Notes: generated by a model not told the origin, from the letters alone. DNA of 51,505 nt from an uncultured Anaerococcus sp. (GCA_943913325.1 CALTXP010000001.1:1-51505), one strand, 5' to 3'; numbered from the stretch's first letter, positions 1-10,688 are shown. Translations and numbers: made by a program.

Positions 1-953
1 AAGAGATTAGGAAATTTTTAAAAATAAAGTCCCATTCTATAATAATATTTTTAGTTTATCTTAGTTTTTTACTTATTAGTATCTTATTTGGCCTAAATAA
101 AAATTATATCCTATATATAGGTCTTGTTTCGATATTTGTTTTTTTAGTAGATATGATAATTTCATATAATAAATATAAAAAGTATATAGATCAATTAGAT
201 ATGTGGGTTAAGGATATTTCTTCAAAAGAACCTAATATTATAGAAGATACAGATTTTGCAGGGAAAATAGTTGCTTTAAAAAAGACAAATATAGATATAG
301 AAAATTCTTTCGAATTTAAAATGAAGGAATTCAAAAACTATATCACTATATGGACTCATCAAATCAAAACTCCCTTATTCTCTTTAAATTTAATTCTAAA
401 TGACCATCCGGTGGATATATATACTGCAAAAAATGAAGTTTTTGAAATAGAAGAGTACATAGATACTCTCCTATCTTATATGAGATTAGAGTCTCTTTCT
501 ACAGACTTTGTTTTTGAAAGAGTGAAGCTTGATGAGTTAGTATCTAAATCTATAAAAAAGTATTCTAAGGTCTTTATTAGAAGAAAAAATAAGATAAATT
601 TTACAACTACTGATTTATATCTAACAACAGATAAAAAGTGGTTTGGATTGATATTAGATCAGCTTTTATCAAACGCTAACAAATATACTCAAGATGGAGA
701 AATTTCGATTTATATGAAAGCTAATAATCTGATTATCGAAGATACTGGTATCGGGATTAGAAAAGAAGACTTACCAAGAGTTTTTGAAAAGTCATATACA
801 GGTTATAATGGAAGAATTTACAAAAAGTCTACTGGTATAGGATTAAATCTTGTAAAGACAGCTTGTGAAAATCTCAGTATAGATGTAAGCATAGATTCAA
901 GGGTTGATTATGGAACAAAAGTCATATTAAACATAAGTCGTGTACTAAACTAA
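1..953 (+). CDS. Intramembrane-sensing histidine kinase, BceS/GraS type (5' partial)
   Basis: Frame is open from position 3 (EIRKFLKIK...), with two hydrophobic helices and a short loop before the ORF-track ATG at 153. H-box WTHQIKTP, N-box DQLLSNANKY, G-boxes EDTGIGI and STGIGL. Directly upstream of a BceAB-type transporter. Confidence 0.9.
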   Translation, partial: EIRKFLKIKSHSIIIFLVYLSFLLISILFGLNKNYILYIGLVSIFVFLVDMIISYNKYKKYIDQLDMWVKDISSKEPNIIEDTDFAGKIVALKKTNIDIENSFEFKMKEFKNYITIWTHQIKTPLFSLNLILNDHPVDIYTAKNEVFEIEEYIDTLLSYMRLESLSTDFVFERVKLDELVSKSIKKYSKVFIRRKNKINFTTTDLYLTTDKKWFGLILDQLLSNANKYTQDGEISIYMKANNLIIEDTGIGIRKEDLPRVFEKSYTGYNGRIYKKSTGIGLNLVKTACENLSIDVSIDSRVDYGTKVILNISRVLN

Positions 954-983
954 CAAATTGTCACTTTAAAAGTAAATTTGTTA
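950..983 (+). promoter_or_regulatory. Putative BceR/VirR/GraR-type response regulator binding site
   Basis: cTAACA-aat-TGTCAc (950-964) plus a second half-site gtaaatttgtta (972-983). Resembles the TNACA-w3/4-TGTNA boxes found upstream of BceAB-type transporters. Confidence 0.6.
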
Positions 984-1053
984 TATTAATCCAAGGATTT
1001 TTATTTTTTTCTATTGTATTATATAGAAAAAGATAAGAAAGGAATATGATTTT

Positions 1054-1812
1054 ATGTTACTTGAAGTTTCAAATTTAAAAAAAATATATAAGACAAGATT
1101 ATCAAGCAATGAAGTACTTGCTTTAAATAATGTGAATTTTTCAGTAGAAGAGGGAGAGTATATAGCCATAATGGGCGAATCTGGATCAGGTAAAACTACT
1201 CTTTTAAATTTACTTGCTCTTTTAGATAAAGCGACAGCTGGAAAAATTATTTTGGAAGGCAAGGACTTATCTACTATAAAAGATTCTGAAATATCAAAAT
1301 TTAGACGCGAACATTTAGGCTTTGTTTTTCAAGATTTTAATTTACTAGATACTTTAACTCTCAAAGAAAACATAATATTACCCCTAATGCTTGCAGAGGA
1401 AGATCCGGAAAGTTTTGATAAAAGAGCAAATGATATTGCAAAATCTTTAAGAATAAATGAACTTTTAAATAAATATCCTTATGAGGTATCAGGTGGGCAA
1501 AAGCAAAGGTGTGCAGTGGCTCGTGCGCTAATAACAAATCCAAAATTACTTTTGGCAGATGAACCTACAGGAGCCCTTGATTCCAATAGTTCTAGAGAAC
1601 TTATGGAAACTTTTAGTAAGCTAAATGAAAGTGGACAGACTATTATAATGGTAACTCACTCAGTTCAAGCAGCTGCAGAAGCAAAAAGAGTCTTATTTAT
1701 AAAAGATGGAAAGATTTTTCATGAACTTTATAATTCTAGTTTTACAAGCTATGAAATGGGTGAAAAGATAGCTAATACTATGCAAATGCTTGCTAGAGGT
1801 GAGATAAGATGA
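1054..1812 (+). CDS. ABC transporter ATP-binding protein, BceA/LolD type
   Basis: Walker A GESGSGKT, signature VSGGQ, Walker B LLLADEP, H-loop MVTH. Confidence 0.93.
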   Translation: MLLEVSNLKKIYKTRLSSNEVLALNNVNFSVEEGEYIAIMGESGSGKTTLLNLLALLDKATAGKIILEGKDLSTIKDSEISKFRREHLGFVFQDFNLLDTLTLKENIILPLMLAEEDPESFDKRANDIAKSLRINELLNKYPYEVSGGQKQRCAVARALITNPKLLLADEPTGALDSNSSRELMETFSKLNESGQTIIMVTHSVQAAAEAKRVLFIKDGKIFHELYNSSFTSYEMGEKIANTMQMLARGEIR

Positions 1813-3785
1813 ACTTACTTTATAAAAATCTCGCTAAAGATGGTATAAGAAGATACAAAAGGCTTTACTATCCATTTATAGGAACTACGGTATTTTTTAT
1901 AGTTTTAATAAATTTGTGTTTATCTATAAGTGCTGATCCTCTTATAGAAAATTTTTTTGGAGCAACTACTATAGGAAGCCTTATGGATCTTGGCTCTATA
2001 ATATTATTGATATTTGCCTTGCTTACGATTTCGCAAAACTATAACTTTATTCAAAAGAATAAGGCAGATGAGTCAGCCTTATACCTGATGCTTGGAATGG
2101 AGAAAAAGCATTTAATAAAGATATATATTCACGAACTATTGATTTTATATTTAAGATCATTAATAATAGGCACTCTTATATCTTTGATATCATATAAATT
2201 AGTTTTTGCTGGATTTTTGAAATTGATGAATTCTGATACTAATGTATTGGAAAGTGGTATTTTTCCAGTGATACAACCACTTATACTCACAGCTTTAATA
2301 TTTTTAGCTATATTTATATTATTGCTTTTAAGACAGCTTTTTAAGAATAGAAACTTTACCCCTCTTAATTATATAGAAGAGTCAAAAGCGGGACAAAAAG
2401 CTCCTAAACACCCTGTGATTATAGGAATATTGGGAATTATTTGTATAGGATCTGGCTATTATATAAGCCTTAGCACAGATAATCCTATGAAAGCTTTTAG
2501 ATTATTTTTTGTAGCTGTCTTGCTTGTGATTTTAGGAACATATCTTGCTTTTTCTGTAATAATATCTGGGATATTAAGGTTATTGCAGAAAGATAAGAGA
2601 TTTTATTATAAAAAATCAAACTTTACAGCAGTTTCTGGCTTGATTTATAGGGTCAAAAATAGTGCTAATACTCTTGCTAGTATTGCTGTCTTATCAACTA
2701 TGGTAATAGTGGTCTTAACTTCTGGATTTTCCCTTTATTTTGGAACTGTTAAAATGCAAGATCAATTATATCCAACTGATTACAAAATGAGTTTTCCTAA
2801 AAAAGAAGAAAGTTTAGATTATTATGAGAAATTAGTAGAAGATGCACTTAAAGAAGAAAATAAAACTGCTAAGATAAATTCTTTTAAGTCAAATTATTTT
2901 CTTATAGATAAAAATGGAAGTGTAATTACTAAACGCAATTCTGAAGCTAATCTTGAAGAAGAATTTGGAGGTCCTAACCAGCTAGGATTTTATCTTGATG
3001 AAAATTCCACCTATAATTTTGGTAAAGCTGACGCTATACTCTTATCAGATAACGAAGATTATTTTATAACAAAAATTGAAGGTAAGGATTTAAAAATCAA
3101 GAAAGAAAAAGAAGAGAATTATCCTACGAAATTTCCTTCTACTGATATAACGATGACAAATACATCTAAACTTGTTTTTAAAGACCCTAAGCTTTTTAAT
3201 GAAGTTACAGATAGTCTAAAGATAAGTGATGATCCTAGGTATGACGATAATTGGAATATAACTTTTGATGTAGATGGTTCATATGATCCAAAGTTAAAAG
3301 ATAGTTTGTGGCAAAAATTTTCTGATAAGTTATCAGATCAGTGGTTTTCTTTAAGTGATGGTAAAGCTGATAGGGCAGAATTATTAGCAATGTATGCAGG
3401 AATATTTTTTGTAGGTATTATCCTAGGTTTAGGATTTTTAGTATCTACAGTACTAGCTATTTATTACAAACAACTTTCTGAAGGTCTTGATGATAGAAAA
3501 AGATTTAAAACTATGAGACAGTTAGGTATGACTGATAAAGAAGCTAAAAAAAGTATATCTAAGCAAATGGGCTTGGTATTTTTCTTGCCGTTAGTATTTG
3601 CTTTTATCCACTCATTGTTTGCATTACCAATAATTACTGAATTTTTAAAAATGCTTGGACTTACAAATGTAGGATTATTTATAAGATGCCTTTTAGCAGT
3701 ATTCGCAGCTTATATAATTTTCTACCTTGTTACATTTAAAATTACAGAAAGAACTTACAATAATATAGTATTAGAAGAAAAATAA
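1809..3785 (+). CDS. FtsX-like ABC permease, BceB type (antimicrobial peptide resistance)
   Basis: 658 aa with about 10 TM helices, a large extracellular loop and a YYKQLSEGLDD motif. ATGA overlap with the ATPase gene. Confidence 0.9.
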   Translation: MNLLYKNLAKDGIRRYKRLYYPFIGTTVFFIVLINLCLSISADPLIENFFGATTIGSLMDLGSIILLIFALLTISQNYNFIQKNKADESALYLMLGMEKKHLIKIYIHELLILYLRSLIIGTLISLISYKLVFAGFLKLMNSDTNVLESGIFPVIQPLILTALIFLAIFILLLLRQLFKNRNFTPLNYIEESKAGQKAPKHPVIIGILGIICIGSGYYISLSTDNPMKAFRLFFVAVLLVILGTYLAFSVIISGILRLLQKDKRFYYKKSNFTAVSGLIYRVKNSANTLASIAVLSTMVIVVLTSGFSLYFGTVKMQDQLYPTDYKMSFPKKEESLDYYEKLVEDALKEENKTAKINSFKSNYFLIDKNGSVITKRNSEANLEEEFGGPNQLGFYLDENSTYNFGKADAILLSDNEDYFITKIEGKDLKIKKEKEENYPTKFPSTDITMTNTSKLVFKDPKLFNEVTDSLKISDDPRYDDNWNITFDVDGSYDPKLKDSLWQKFSDKLSDQWFSLSDGKADRAELLAMYAGIFFVGIILGLGFLVSTVLAIYYKQLSEGLDDRKRFKTMRQLGMTDKEAKKSISKQMGLVFFLPLVFAFIHSLFALPIITEFLKMLGLTNVGLFIRCLLAVFAAYIIFYLVTFKITERTYNNIVLEEK

Positions 3786-3793
3786 TATAGATC

Positions 3794-3919
3794 AAAAGGA
3801 CTGTTGTGAAACTATGAATATTCATAGTCCCTTATTTAAAAGCTACTATTAGAAAAATTTTTATAGAACATATCTTAAAGCTTTTGGGACAATTCATTTA
3901 TCCTGCAACAGTCTTTTTT
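3794..3919. repeat. Rod-like inverted-repeat element, copy 1 (MITE/REP-like)
   Basis: Ends aaaaggactgttgt and tgcaacagtctttt. Nested pairs atgaat/attcat, gtccc/gggac, aaaagct/agctttt. Perfect 18-bp palindrome actatgaatattcatagt at 3811-3828. Confidence 0.65.
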
Positions 3920-4127
3920 ATATTTAAACTTCCTAGCTTAAATATAATTATAATATAATAATTAAGAGAAATTAAATATAGATATTCTATTGACAGATAC
4001 AAATTAGCTAGTATACTAAGTGCTAACTGACAAATGGCTATACAAAGACCTTTGATTCTTTGTTTTATATATATTAATAAATTTATATAAAACATTGTAA
4101 AAACTAATGAATTTTTGTAAATAGGGG

Positions 4128-4156
4128 TTGATATTATAGGCTTTTTGTTGTATTAT
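4128..4156 (+). promoter_or_regulatory. Sigma-A promoter of the S10 operon
   Basis: ttgata-17 bp-tattat. A second candidate, ttgaca-16 bp-tatact, lies at 3990-4017. Confidence 0.55.
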
Positions 4157-4159
4157 ATT

Positions 4160-4300
4160 ATGGTGCTTTGAAGCAAGATGTTGCTTGTGGTTAAGGCCAA
4201 GCTATGAGGGAACTCTTGTCTAGCAAGTTTAGAAATGATTCTAAGCGGTTTCCAAAAATATCAAACGCCCGGAAGCGTGGTAAAGAAAGAGAGAGGAAAA
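4160..4300 (+). ncRNA. Putative structured rpsJ (S10) 5' leader
   Basis: About 140-nt leader, GC-richer than its surroundings. Contains tgaagcaagatgttgc, similar from memory to the TGAAGCGAGAGGTTGC segment of Firmicute rpsJ leaders. Hairpin ttagaa-atga-ttctaa. Confidence 0.45.
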
Positions 4301-4612
4301 ATGGCTAATCAACAAAAAATCAGAATTAGACTTAGAGCATATGATCATGAAGTGATCGATAGCTCAGCAGAAAAAATAGTAGAAGCAGTAAAAAGAAGCG
4401 GAGCAGAAGTATCTGGACCAATCCCACTTCCAACAGAAGTTGAAAAGATTACAATCTTAAGAGCGGTTCATAAATACAAAGACTCTAGAGAACAGTTTGA
4501 ACAAAGAACACACAAAAGATTAATCGATATTATTAATCCAAATGCAAAAACACTTGATGCACTTAAGAAGCTTAACTTACCTGCAGGTGTTGATATCGAA
4601 ATTAAGTTATAA
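4301..4612 (+). CDS. rpsJ: 30S ribosomal protein S10
   Basis: [11 protein letters not shown]...GPIPLPT...HKRLIDI. Start corrected to the ATG at 4301 after RBS gagagg. Confidence 0.98.
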   Translation: MANQQKIRIRLRAYDHEVIDSSAEKIVEAVKRSGAEVSGPIPLPTEVEKITILRAVHKYKDSREQFEQRTHKRLIDIINPNAKTLDALKKLNLPAGVDIEIKL

Positions 4613-4681
4613 TAACTGTAATTAGAATGATTGATAGATTCTAATAGAAGGAATCAATCCGCTGTAATTAAGGAGGTACTC

Positions 4682-5317
4682 ATGAAGAGTATATTTACAA
4701 CAAAAGTAGGCATGACTCAAGTCATCGATGAAGATGGAATAGTTACTCCAGTTACTGTTCTAAAAGCTGATGAAAATGTAGTTGTACAAGTTAAAACAGA
4801 TGAAATAGATGGTTACAACGCAGTACAAATCGGTTATATGGACAAAAAAGAAAAAAATGTTAAAAAACCAGTTAAAGGTCATTTTGACAAAGCAGGCGCA
4901 TCTTACAAAAGATATTTAAAAGAAGTAAACTACGGCAATGATCCAATAGAAGTTGCAGTAGGAGATAAATTAGCTGTAGATATCTTTGAAGAAGGAGAAG
5001 TAGTAGACGTTGTTGCAACAAGCAAGGGTAAAGGTACCCAAGGTGCTATTAAAAGATGGAATTATGGTAGAGGTCCTCAGTCTCACGGTTCTAAATCTCA
5101 TAGAGTAGCAGGTGCACGTGCAGCAGGTTCAGATCCGGCTAGAGTATTCAAAGGTAGAAAAGGCTCAGGAAAAATGGGTAATGAAAGAGTTACTGTTCAA
5201 AACTTACAAGTGGTAAAAGTAAACTTAGAAGACTCATATATCCTAGTTAAAGGTGCGGTTCCAGGACCTAAAGGCGGACTTGTTCAAATTAAACAAGCAG
5301 TCAAGGGCCAAAACTAA
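4682..5317 (+). CDS. rplC: 50S ribosomal protein L3
   Basis: KVGMTQ, SKGKGTQG, GAVPG. Start corrected to the ATG at 4682 after aggagg. Confidence 0.98.
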   Translation: MKSIFTTKVGMTQVIDEDGIVTPVTVLKADENVVVQVKTDEIDGYNAVQIGYMDKKEKNVKKPVKGHFDKAGASYKRYLKEVNYGNDPIEVAVGDKLAVDIFEEGEVVDVVATSKGKGTQGAIKRWNYGRGPQSHGSKSHRVAGARAAGSDPARVFKGRKGSGKMGNERVTVQNLQVVKVNLEDSYILVKGAVPGPKGGLVQIKQAVKGQN

Positions 5318-5328
5318 GGAGGACTTAA

Positions 5329-5952
5329 ATGCCTAAAGTTAACGTATTAAACATTAAAGGAGAAAATGTTGGTGAATTAGAGCTTAACGAAACTCTATTT
5401 AATACAAAAGTAAGCGAGAATGCAGTTTACGAAGTAGTTAAAAACCAACTTGCAAATAAAAGACAAGGTACACAATCTGCAAGAACACGTTCTGAAGTAC
5501 GTGGCGGTGGACGTAAACCATTTAGACAAAAAGGAACAGGTAGAGCTCGTCAAGGTTCAATAAGAGCACCACATTATACAGGTGGTGGAATAGTATTTGC
5601 ACCAAAACCAAGAGACTATAGCTACCAAGTTCCAAAAAAATTAAGAAGAAAAGCACTTTACTCAGTTCTTACTTCAAAAGTAAACGATGATGAATTAATA
5701 GTTTTAGATAGCTTAAGCTTAGAGGCTCCTAAGACAAAACAAGCGGCAAGTATATTAGATGCTATTGACGCTGGTAAAAAAGCTTATGTTATAACAGCAG
5801 AAAATGATGATATAGTTTATAGATCATTTAGAAATATTGAAGGTGTTGATGTAGCAGCTGCTAATTTAGTAAATGTTTATGACTTAGTAAGACATAACAA
5901 GCTAGTAATTACAAAAGATGCAATTGCTAAACTTGAGGAGGTATTTATATAA
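5329..5952 (+). CDS. rplD: 50S ribosomal protein L4
   Basis: RQGTQS...RQKGTGRARQGS. Confidence 0.98.
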   Translation: MPKVNVLNIKGENVGELELNETLFNTKVSENAVYEVVKNQLANKRQGTQSARTRSEVRGGGRKPFRQKGTGRARQGSIRAPHYTGGGIVFAPKPRDYSYQVPKKLRRKALYSVLTSKVNDDELIVLDSLSLEAPKTKQAASILDAIDAGKKAYVITAENDDIVYRSFRNIEGVDVAAANLVNVYDLVRHNKLVITKDAIAKLEEVFI

Positions 5953-6245
5953 TGAAATCACCTTATGAAGTAATTAAAAGACCAATTATTACAGAAAAAT
6001 CAATGAGCTTACTTGATGAAAACAAATACACTTTTGAAGTAGATAAAAATGCAAATAAACCAGAAATAAAAGCTGCCATTGAAGAAATTTTTGACGGAGT
6101 AAAAGTTAAAAAGGTAAGAACTATGAACTACGAAGGTAAGAAAGTTCGTACACGTCATGGTATTGGCAAAAAAGCAGACTGGAAAAAAGCTGTCGTAACA
6201 CTTACAGAAGACAGTGCAGAAATCGAATACTTCGAAGGTTTATAA
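5952..6245 (+). CDS. rplW: 50S ribosomal protein L23
   Basis: RPIITEKS...WKKAVV, plus synteny. Confidence 0.97.
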   Translation: MKSPYEVIKRPIITEKSMSLLDENKYTFEVDKNANKPEIKAAIEEIFDGVKVKKVRTMNYEGKKVRTRHGIGKKADWKKAVVTLTEDSAEIEYFEGL

Positions 6246-6256
6246 GGAGGATTTAA

Positions 6257-7090
6257 ATGCCTATAAGAAAATTAAAACCAACTTCAAACGGTCATAGAAA
6301 TATGTCTGTTTCAACATTCGAAGAAATCACTACAAGTAAACCAGAAAAATCACTTTTAACAGATTTAAGATCTAAAGGTGGTCGTAACAATACTGGTAGA
6401 ACAACAGTACGCTTTAGAGGCGGTGGAGTAAAAAGAAAATATAGAATCATCGATTTCAAAAGAAACAAAGATGATATTCCAGCAAGAGTAAAAACTATAG
6501 AATATGATCCAAATAGATCAGCAAATATCGCCTTAGTTGCTTATGCTGATGGAGAAAAAAGATATATTTTAGCTCCAAGAGGACTTAAAGTAGGAGATGA
6601 AATCCTATCAGGAGAAAATGCAGATATCAAACCAGGTAATGCACTAGAACTTAAAGATATTCCAGTAGGTACTATGGTTCATAATATTGAACTTAGAGCA
6701 GGACAAGGTGGAGTATTAGTAAGAAGTGCTGGAGTTAGTGCACAACTTATGGCTAAAGAAGGCAAGTTTGCAACACTTAGATTACCAAGTGGTGAAGTTA
6801 GACTAGTTCACTTAAACTGTAAAGCTACAGTAGGTGTTATAGGAAATTCAGAGCACGAACTAGTTAGAGTTGGTAAAGCAGGAAAAACAAGATATAAGGG
6901 ACGTCGTCCTCACGTTAGAGGTTCAGTAATGAACCCAGTAGACCATCCACACGGTGGTGGTGAAGGTCGTACACCAATTGGTCGTCCATCACCAATGACA
7001 CCATGGGGCAAAAAGGCTATCGGTGTTAAAACACGCAATAATAAAAAACAATCTTCTCAATATATTGTAAGAAGAAGAGATGAAAAATAG
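6257..7090 (+). CDS. rplB: 50S ribosomal protein L2
   Basis: [21 protein letters not shown]. Confidence 0.99.
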   Translation: MPIRKLKPTSNGHRNMSVSTFEEITTSKPEKSLLTDLRSKGGRNNTGRTTVRFRGGGVKRKYRIIDFKRNKDDIPARVKTIEYDPNRSANIALVAYADGEKRYILAPRGLKVGDEILSGENADIKPGNALELKDIPVGTMVHNIELRAGQGGVLVRSAGVSAQLMAKEGKFATLRLPSGEVRLVHLNCKATVGVIGNSEHELVRVGKAGKTRYKGRRPHVRGSVMNPVDHPHGGGEGRTPIGRPSPMTPWGKKAIGVKTRNNKKQSSQYIVRRRDEK

Positions 7091-7099
7091 GGGGATATA

Positions 7100-7387
7100 A
7101 TGGCTAGATCACTTAAAAAAGGACCATTTGTCGATGATCATTTAATGAAAAAAATTGACGAATTAAATGAAAAAAATGAGAAAAAAGTTATAAAAACTTG
7201 GTCAAGACGTTCTACAATATTCCCTGAATTTGTAGAACATACTATAGCAGTACATGACGGTAGAAAACACGTACCAATCTATATAACAGAAGATATGGTA
7301 GGACATAAACTAGGTGAATTCGTACCAACAAGAACTTTCAGAGGCCATGCTAAAAAGGCAACTGAAATGAAAAGTAAAATGCGTTAG
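7100..7387 (+). CDS. rpsS: 30S ribosomal protein S19
   Basis: [21 protein letters not shown]. Confidence 0.98.
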   Translation: MARSLKKGPFVDDHLMKKIDELNEKNEKKVIKTWSRRSTIFPEFVEHTIAVHDGRKHVPIYITEDMVGHKLGEFVPTRTFRGHAKKATEMKSKMR

Positions 7388-7396
7388 GAGATTACA

Positions 7397-7735
7397 ATGG
7401 AAGTTAAAGCAACAGCTAAATATCAAAGAATATCTCCTCTTAAAGTAAACTATATTTGTAAAGAGATTAGAGGTAAACAAGTAGATGAAGCACTTAATAT
7501 TTTAAGATTTACTAATAAAAAAGGTGCTAAATTACTTGAAGGTGTACTAAAATCTGCTATAGCAAATGCAGAAAATAACAACGGACTTGATAGAGAAGAC
7601 CTATATGTTAAAAATGCATTTGCCAATGATGCTCCAACTATGAAAAGATGGCATCCAAAAGCTAAAGGTGCAGCATATCCAATACTTAAAAGAAGTAGCC
7701 ATATTGGCATAGTTCTTGAGAATATAGAAGCGTAG
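7397..7735 (+). CDS. rplV: 50S ribosomal protein L22
   Basis: SAIANAENN...KRSSHI, plus synteny. Confidence 0.97.
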   Translation: MEVKATAKYQRISPLKVNYICKEIRGKQVDEALNILRFTNKKGAKLLEGVLKSAIANAENNNGLDREDLYVKNAFANDAPTMKRWHPKAKGAAYPILKRSSHIGIVLENIEA

Positions 7736-7744
7736 GAGGAAAAT

Positions 7745-8488
7745 ATGGGCCAAAAGGTAAACCCTAAAGGATTTAGAGTTGGTGTTATAAAAGACTGGGA
7801 CTCAAAATGGTATGCAGACAAAGAAGAATTCTCAGATCTATTAGTAGAAGACTATAACATCAGAAAAGTAGTAAAAAAAGAAGTTTATGATGCAGGAATT
7901 GCTGATATAGAAATTGAAAGAGCAGTAAATAATCTTAAGATTACAATCTTTACAGCAAAACCAGGAATGGTTATTGGTAAAGGTGGTTCAGGAATTGAAG
8001 AACTTAAGAAAAAAATCGAAAAAGTTGCTCCAGGCAAAAGAACAATCATAAACGTTGAAGAAATCAAATACCAAGACCTTAATGCACAATTAGTAGCAGA
8101 AAGTATTGCATCAGCACTTGAAAATAGAGTAGCATTTAGACGTGCTATGAAACAACCTATTCAAAGAACAATGAGAGCTGGAGCAAAAGGTATTAAGACT
8201 ATGGTATCTGGTCGTCTTGGTGGAGCTGATATGGCTAGAAGTGAAGGATATTCAGAAGGAACAATTCCACTTCAAACACTAAGAGCAGACATTGACTATG
8301 GCTTTGCAGAAGCTGATACAGAATATGGAAAAATCGGATGTAAAGTTTGGATTTACAAAGGTGAAATTCTTCCAGGAGAAAAAGCTGTACGTGAACCAAA
8401 AATGAAGCAAAGACCAAATAACAGAAATAAAAAGAGAAGAAACAACAGACGTCCTAACAGAAATAATAACGGAAATACTAATAATTAG
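7745..8488 (+). CDS. rpsC: 30S ribosomal protein S3
   Basis: MGQKVNP, KH domain, [11 protein letters not shown]. Has an N/R-rich C-terminal tail. Confidence 0.98.
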   Translation: MGQKVNPKGFRVGVIKDWDSKWYADKEEFSDLLVEDYNIRKVVKKEVYDAGIADIEIERAVNNLKITIFTAKPGMVIGKGGSGIEELKKKIEKVAPGKRTIINVEEIKYQDLNAQLVAESIASALENRVAFRRAMKQPIQRTMRAGAKGIKTMVSGRLGGADMARSEGYSEGTIPLQTLRADIDYGFAEADTEYGKIGCKVWIYKGEILPGEKAVREPKMKQRPNNRNKKRRNNRRPNRNNNGNTNN

Positions 8489-8511
8489 TATTTATATAAG
8501 GAGATAAACTT

Positions 8512-8940
8512 ATGTTAATGCCTAAAAGAGTTAAATATCGTAGACAACACAGGGGCAGAATGAAAGGTAAAGCTCAAAAAGGTAACCAATTAGCTTATGG
8601 TGAATATGGCTTACAAGCATTAGAAGCTACTTGGATGACAGCTAACCAAATCGAGGCTGCTCGTCGTGCTATGACAAGATATATCAAAAGAGGTGGTCAA
8701 ATCTGGATTAAAGTATTCCCAGATAAACCAGTATCTAAAAAACCTGCAGAAGTTAGAATGGGTTCTGGTAAAGGTGCTCCTGAATATTGGGTAGCAGTAG
8801 TAAAACCAGGCCGTGTACTATTTGAAATGAGTGGTGTTAGTGAAGAGACTGCAAGAGAAGCTATGAGGCTTGCTGCACAAAAACTTCCTATCAAAACTAA
8901 ATTCATACAAAGACTTGAAGTTACAGGTACGGAGGAATAA
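8512..8940 (+). CDS. rplP: 50S ribosomal protein L16
   Basis: [17 protein letters not shown]. Confidence 0.98.
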   Translation: MLMPKRVKYRRQHRGRMKGKAQKGNQLAYGEYGLQALEATWMTANQIEAARRAMTRYIKRGGQIWIKVFPDKPVSKKPAEVRMGSGKGAPEYWVAVVKPGRVLFEMSGVSEETAREAMRLAAQKLPIKTKFIQRLEVTGTEE

Positions 8941-8942
8941 TA

Positions 8943-9149
8943 ATGAAAGCAAAAGAAATCAGAAATTTATCAGACCATGATTTAGATAAAAAATTATATG
9001 ATTTACAAAGTGAGCTTTTTAATCTTCGTTTCAGACTTGCAACTGGACAATTAGAAAATCCATCAGCAATTGGAAGTGTCAAAAAAGACATCGCTAGAGT
9101 TAAAACAATACAAACTGAAAGAAAGCTTAATATAAATAGGGAGGCTTAA
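8943..9149 (+). CDS. rpmC: 50S ribosomal protein L29
   Basis: [22 protein letters not shown]. Confidence 0.97.
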   Translation: MKAKEIRNLSDHDLDKKLYDLQSELFNLRFRLATGQLENPSAIGSVKKDIARVKTIQTERKLNINREA

Positions 9150-9154
9150 ATTTC

Positions 9155-9415
9155 ATGGAAAGAAACAGTAGAAGAGTAGCACGTGGTGTTGTAGTATCTG
9201 ATGCGATGGATAAAACTATTACAGTTTTAGTAGAAGATAAAATTTCACACCCAGTGTATAAGAAAAGAATCAATAGAAGTAAAAAGTATAAAGCTCATGA
9301 TGAAAATAATGAAGCTAAAGTAGGCGATACAGTAGTAATTATGGAAACCCGCCCTCTATCAAAGACAAAAAGATGGAGACTAGTAAGAGTTGCCCAAACT
9401 GCTGAAATTGTTTAA
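9155..9415 (+). CDS. rpsQ: 30S ribosomal protein S17
   Basis: [22 protein letters not shown]. Confidence 0.98.
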   Translation: MERNSRRVARGVVVSDAMDKTITVLVEDKISHPVYKKRINRSKKYKAHDENNEAKVGDTVVIMETRPLSKTKRWRLVRVAQTAEIV

Positions 9416-9433
9416 TGGTTTAAGGAGATTATA

Positions 9434-9802
9434 ATGATACAACAAGAAACTCGTATGAGAGTTGCAGATAACTCCGGAGCACGTGAATTACAAGTAATCA
9501 AAGTTCTAGGCGGAACTGGTATAAGATATGCAAATATAGGTGATGTTGTAACTTGTTCAGTTAAAAGTGCAACACCCGGCGGAGCGGTAAAAAAAGGTGA
9601 TGTTGTAAAAGCAGTCATTGTTAGAAGCAAAAGAGGCTTAAGAAGAGCCGATGGTTCAAAAATTGCTTTTGATGAAAATGCCGCAGTAATCATTAAAGAT
9701 GACAAATCACCAGTTGGTACACGTATATTTGGACCAGTTACTAGAGAATTAAGAAGGGAAGGATTCATGAGAATTATATCCCTTGCTCCAGAAGTATTAT
9801 AG
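9434..9802 (+). CDS. rplN: 50S ribosomal protein L14
   Basis: [22 protein letters not shown]. Confidence 0.99.
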   Translation: MIQQETRMRVADNSGARELQVIKVLGGTGIRYANIGDVVTCSVKSATPGGAVKKGDVVKAVIVRSKRGLRRADGSKIAFDENAAVIIKDDKSPVGTRIFGPVTRELRREGFMRIISLAPEVL

Positions 9803-9811
9803 GAGGATTCA

Positions 9812-10120
9812 ATGCACGTAAAAAAAGGTGATAAAGTTCAAATTATGTCTGGCCAATATAAGGGTCATGTTGGTGAAGTTTTAAAAGCTTTCCCAAAAGA
9901 AAATAAAGTTATTGTAGAAGGTGCTAATATTCAAATTAAACACCAAAGAGCTATGCAAATGGGTGGCGAATCTGGAAGACTTGAACAAGAAGGTCCAATT
10001 GATGCTTCAAAAGTACTTCTATACTCAGAAGAACTCGGCAAAGGTGTTAGAACTAGCAAAGTATTTGAAGATGGCAGAAAAATCAGAGTAAGCCATAAGA
10101 CAAATGAGAAGTTCGACTAG
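9812..10120 (+). CDS. rplX: 50S ribosomal protein L24
   Basis: KKGDKV..SGQYKG KOW motif, plus synteny. Confidence 0.96.
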   Translation: MHVKKGDKVQIMSGQYKGHVGEVLKAFPKENKVIVEGANIQIKHQRAMQMGGESGRLEQEGPIDASKVLLYSEELGKGVRTSKVFEDGRKIRVSHKTNEKFD

Positions 10121-10134
10121 TCTAAGGAGATATT

Positions 10135-10677
10135 ATGGCAAGCAGATTAAAAGAAAAATATGAAAATGAAGTAGTAAAAGCTCTTATTGAACAATTTAAC
10201 TACGAGAATGTAATGCAAGTACCAAAATTAGAGAAAATAGTTATAAATGTTGGTCTTGGTGAAGCAAAAGATAACGAAAAATTATTAACTTCAGCAAAAA
10301 ATGAACTTGCATTAATTACAGGTCAACAACCTATAGAAGCTCGTGCTAAAAAATCAGTAGCTAACTTCAAATTAAGAGAAGGTCAAGCAATCGGAGCTAA
10401 AGTAACACTAAGACGTGAAAAAATGTATGACTTCTTAGATAAGTTAATCAGTATTTCGCTACCACGTGTAAGAGACTTTAGAGGTATTAATCCAAATTCA
10501 TTCGATGGTCGTGGAAACTATTCATTAGGGGTTAAAGAACAATTAATATTTCCAGAAATTGAATATGATGATGTAGATTTCTTACATGGTATGGATATTA
10601 CAATTGTTACAACAGCTAATACAGATGAAGAAGCTAAAGCATTCTTAGAACTAATGGGAATGCCATTTAAAAAATAA
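10135..10677 (+). CDS. rplE: 50S ribosomal protein L5
   Basis: [25 protein letters not shown]. Confidence 0.98.
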   Translation: MASRLKEKYENEVVKALIEQFNYENVMQVPKLEKIVINVGLGEAKDNEKLLTSAKNELALITGQQPIEARAKKSVANFKLREGQAIGAKVTLRREKMYDFLDKLISISLPRVRDFRGINPNSFDGRGNYSLGVKEQLIFPEIEYDDVDFLHGMDITIVTTANTDEEAKAFLELMGMPFKK

Positions 10678-10688
10678 AGGAGCGCTTA

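Noticed and set aside
4004..4026. CIRCE (HrcA) operator: ttagc...aagtgctaa
   Set aside because: The left half and the spacing do not fit TTAGCACTC-N9-GAGTGCTAA, and no chaperone gene follows.
3898..4095. 65-aa minus-strand ORF
   Set aside because: AT-rich promoter DNA, no RBS seen, low-complexity I/L/Y composition.
4235..4300. N-terminal extensions given by the ORF track for rpsJ (likewise rplC, rplF, the antiporter and the DAG kinase)
   Set aside because: Downstream ATGs have clear SD sequences and match normal family lengths.
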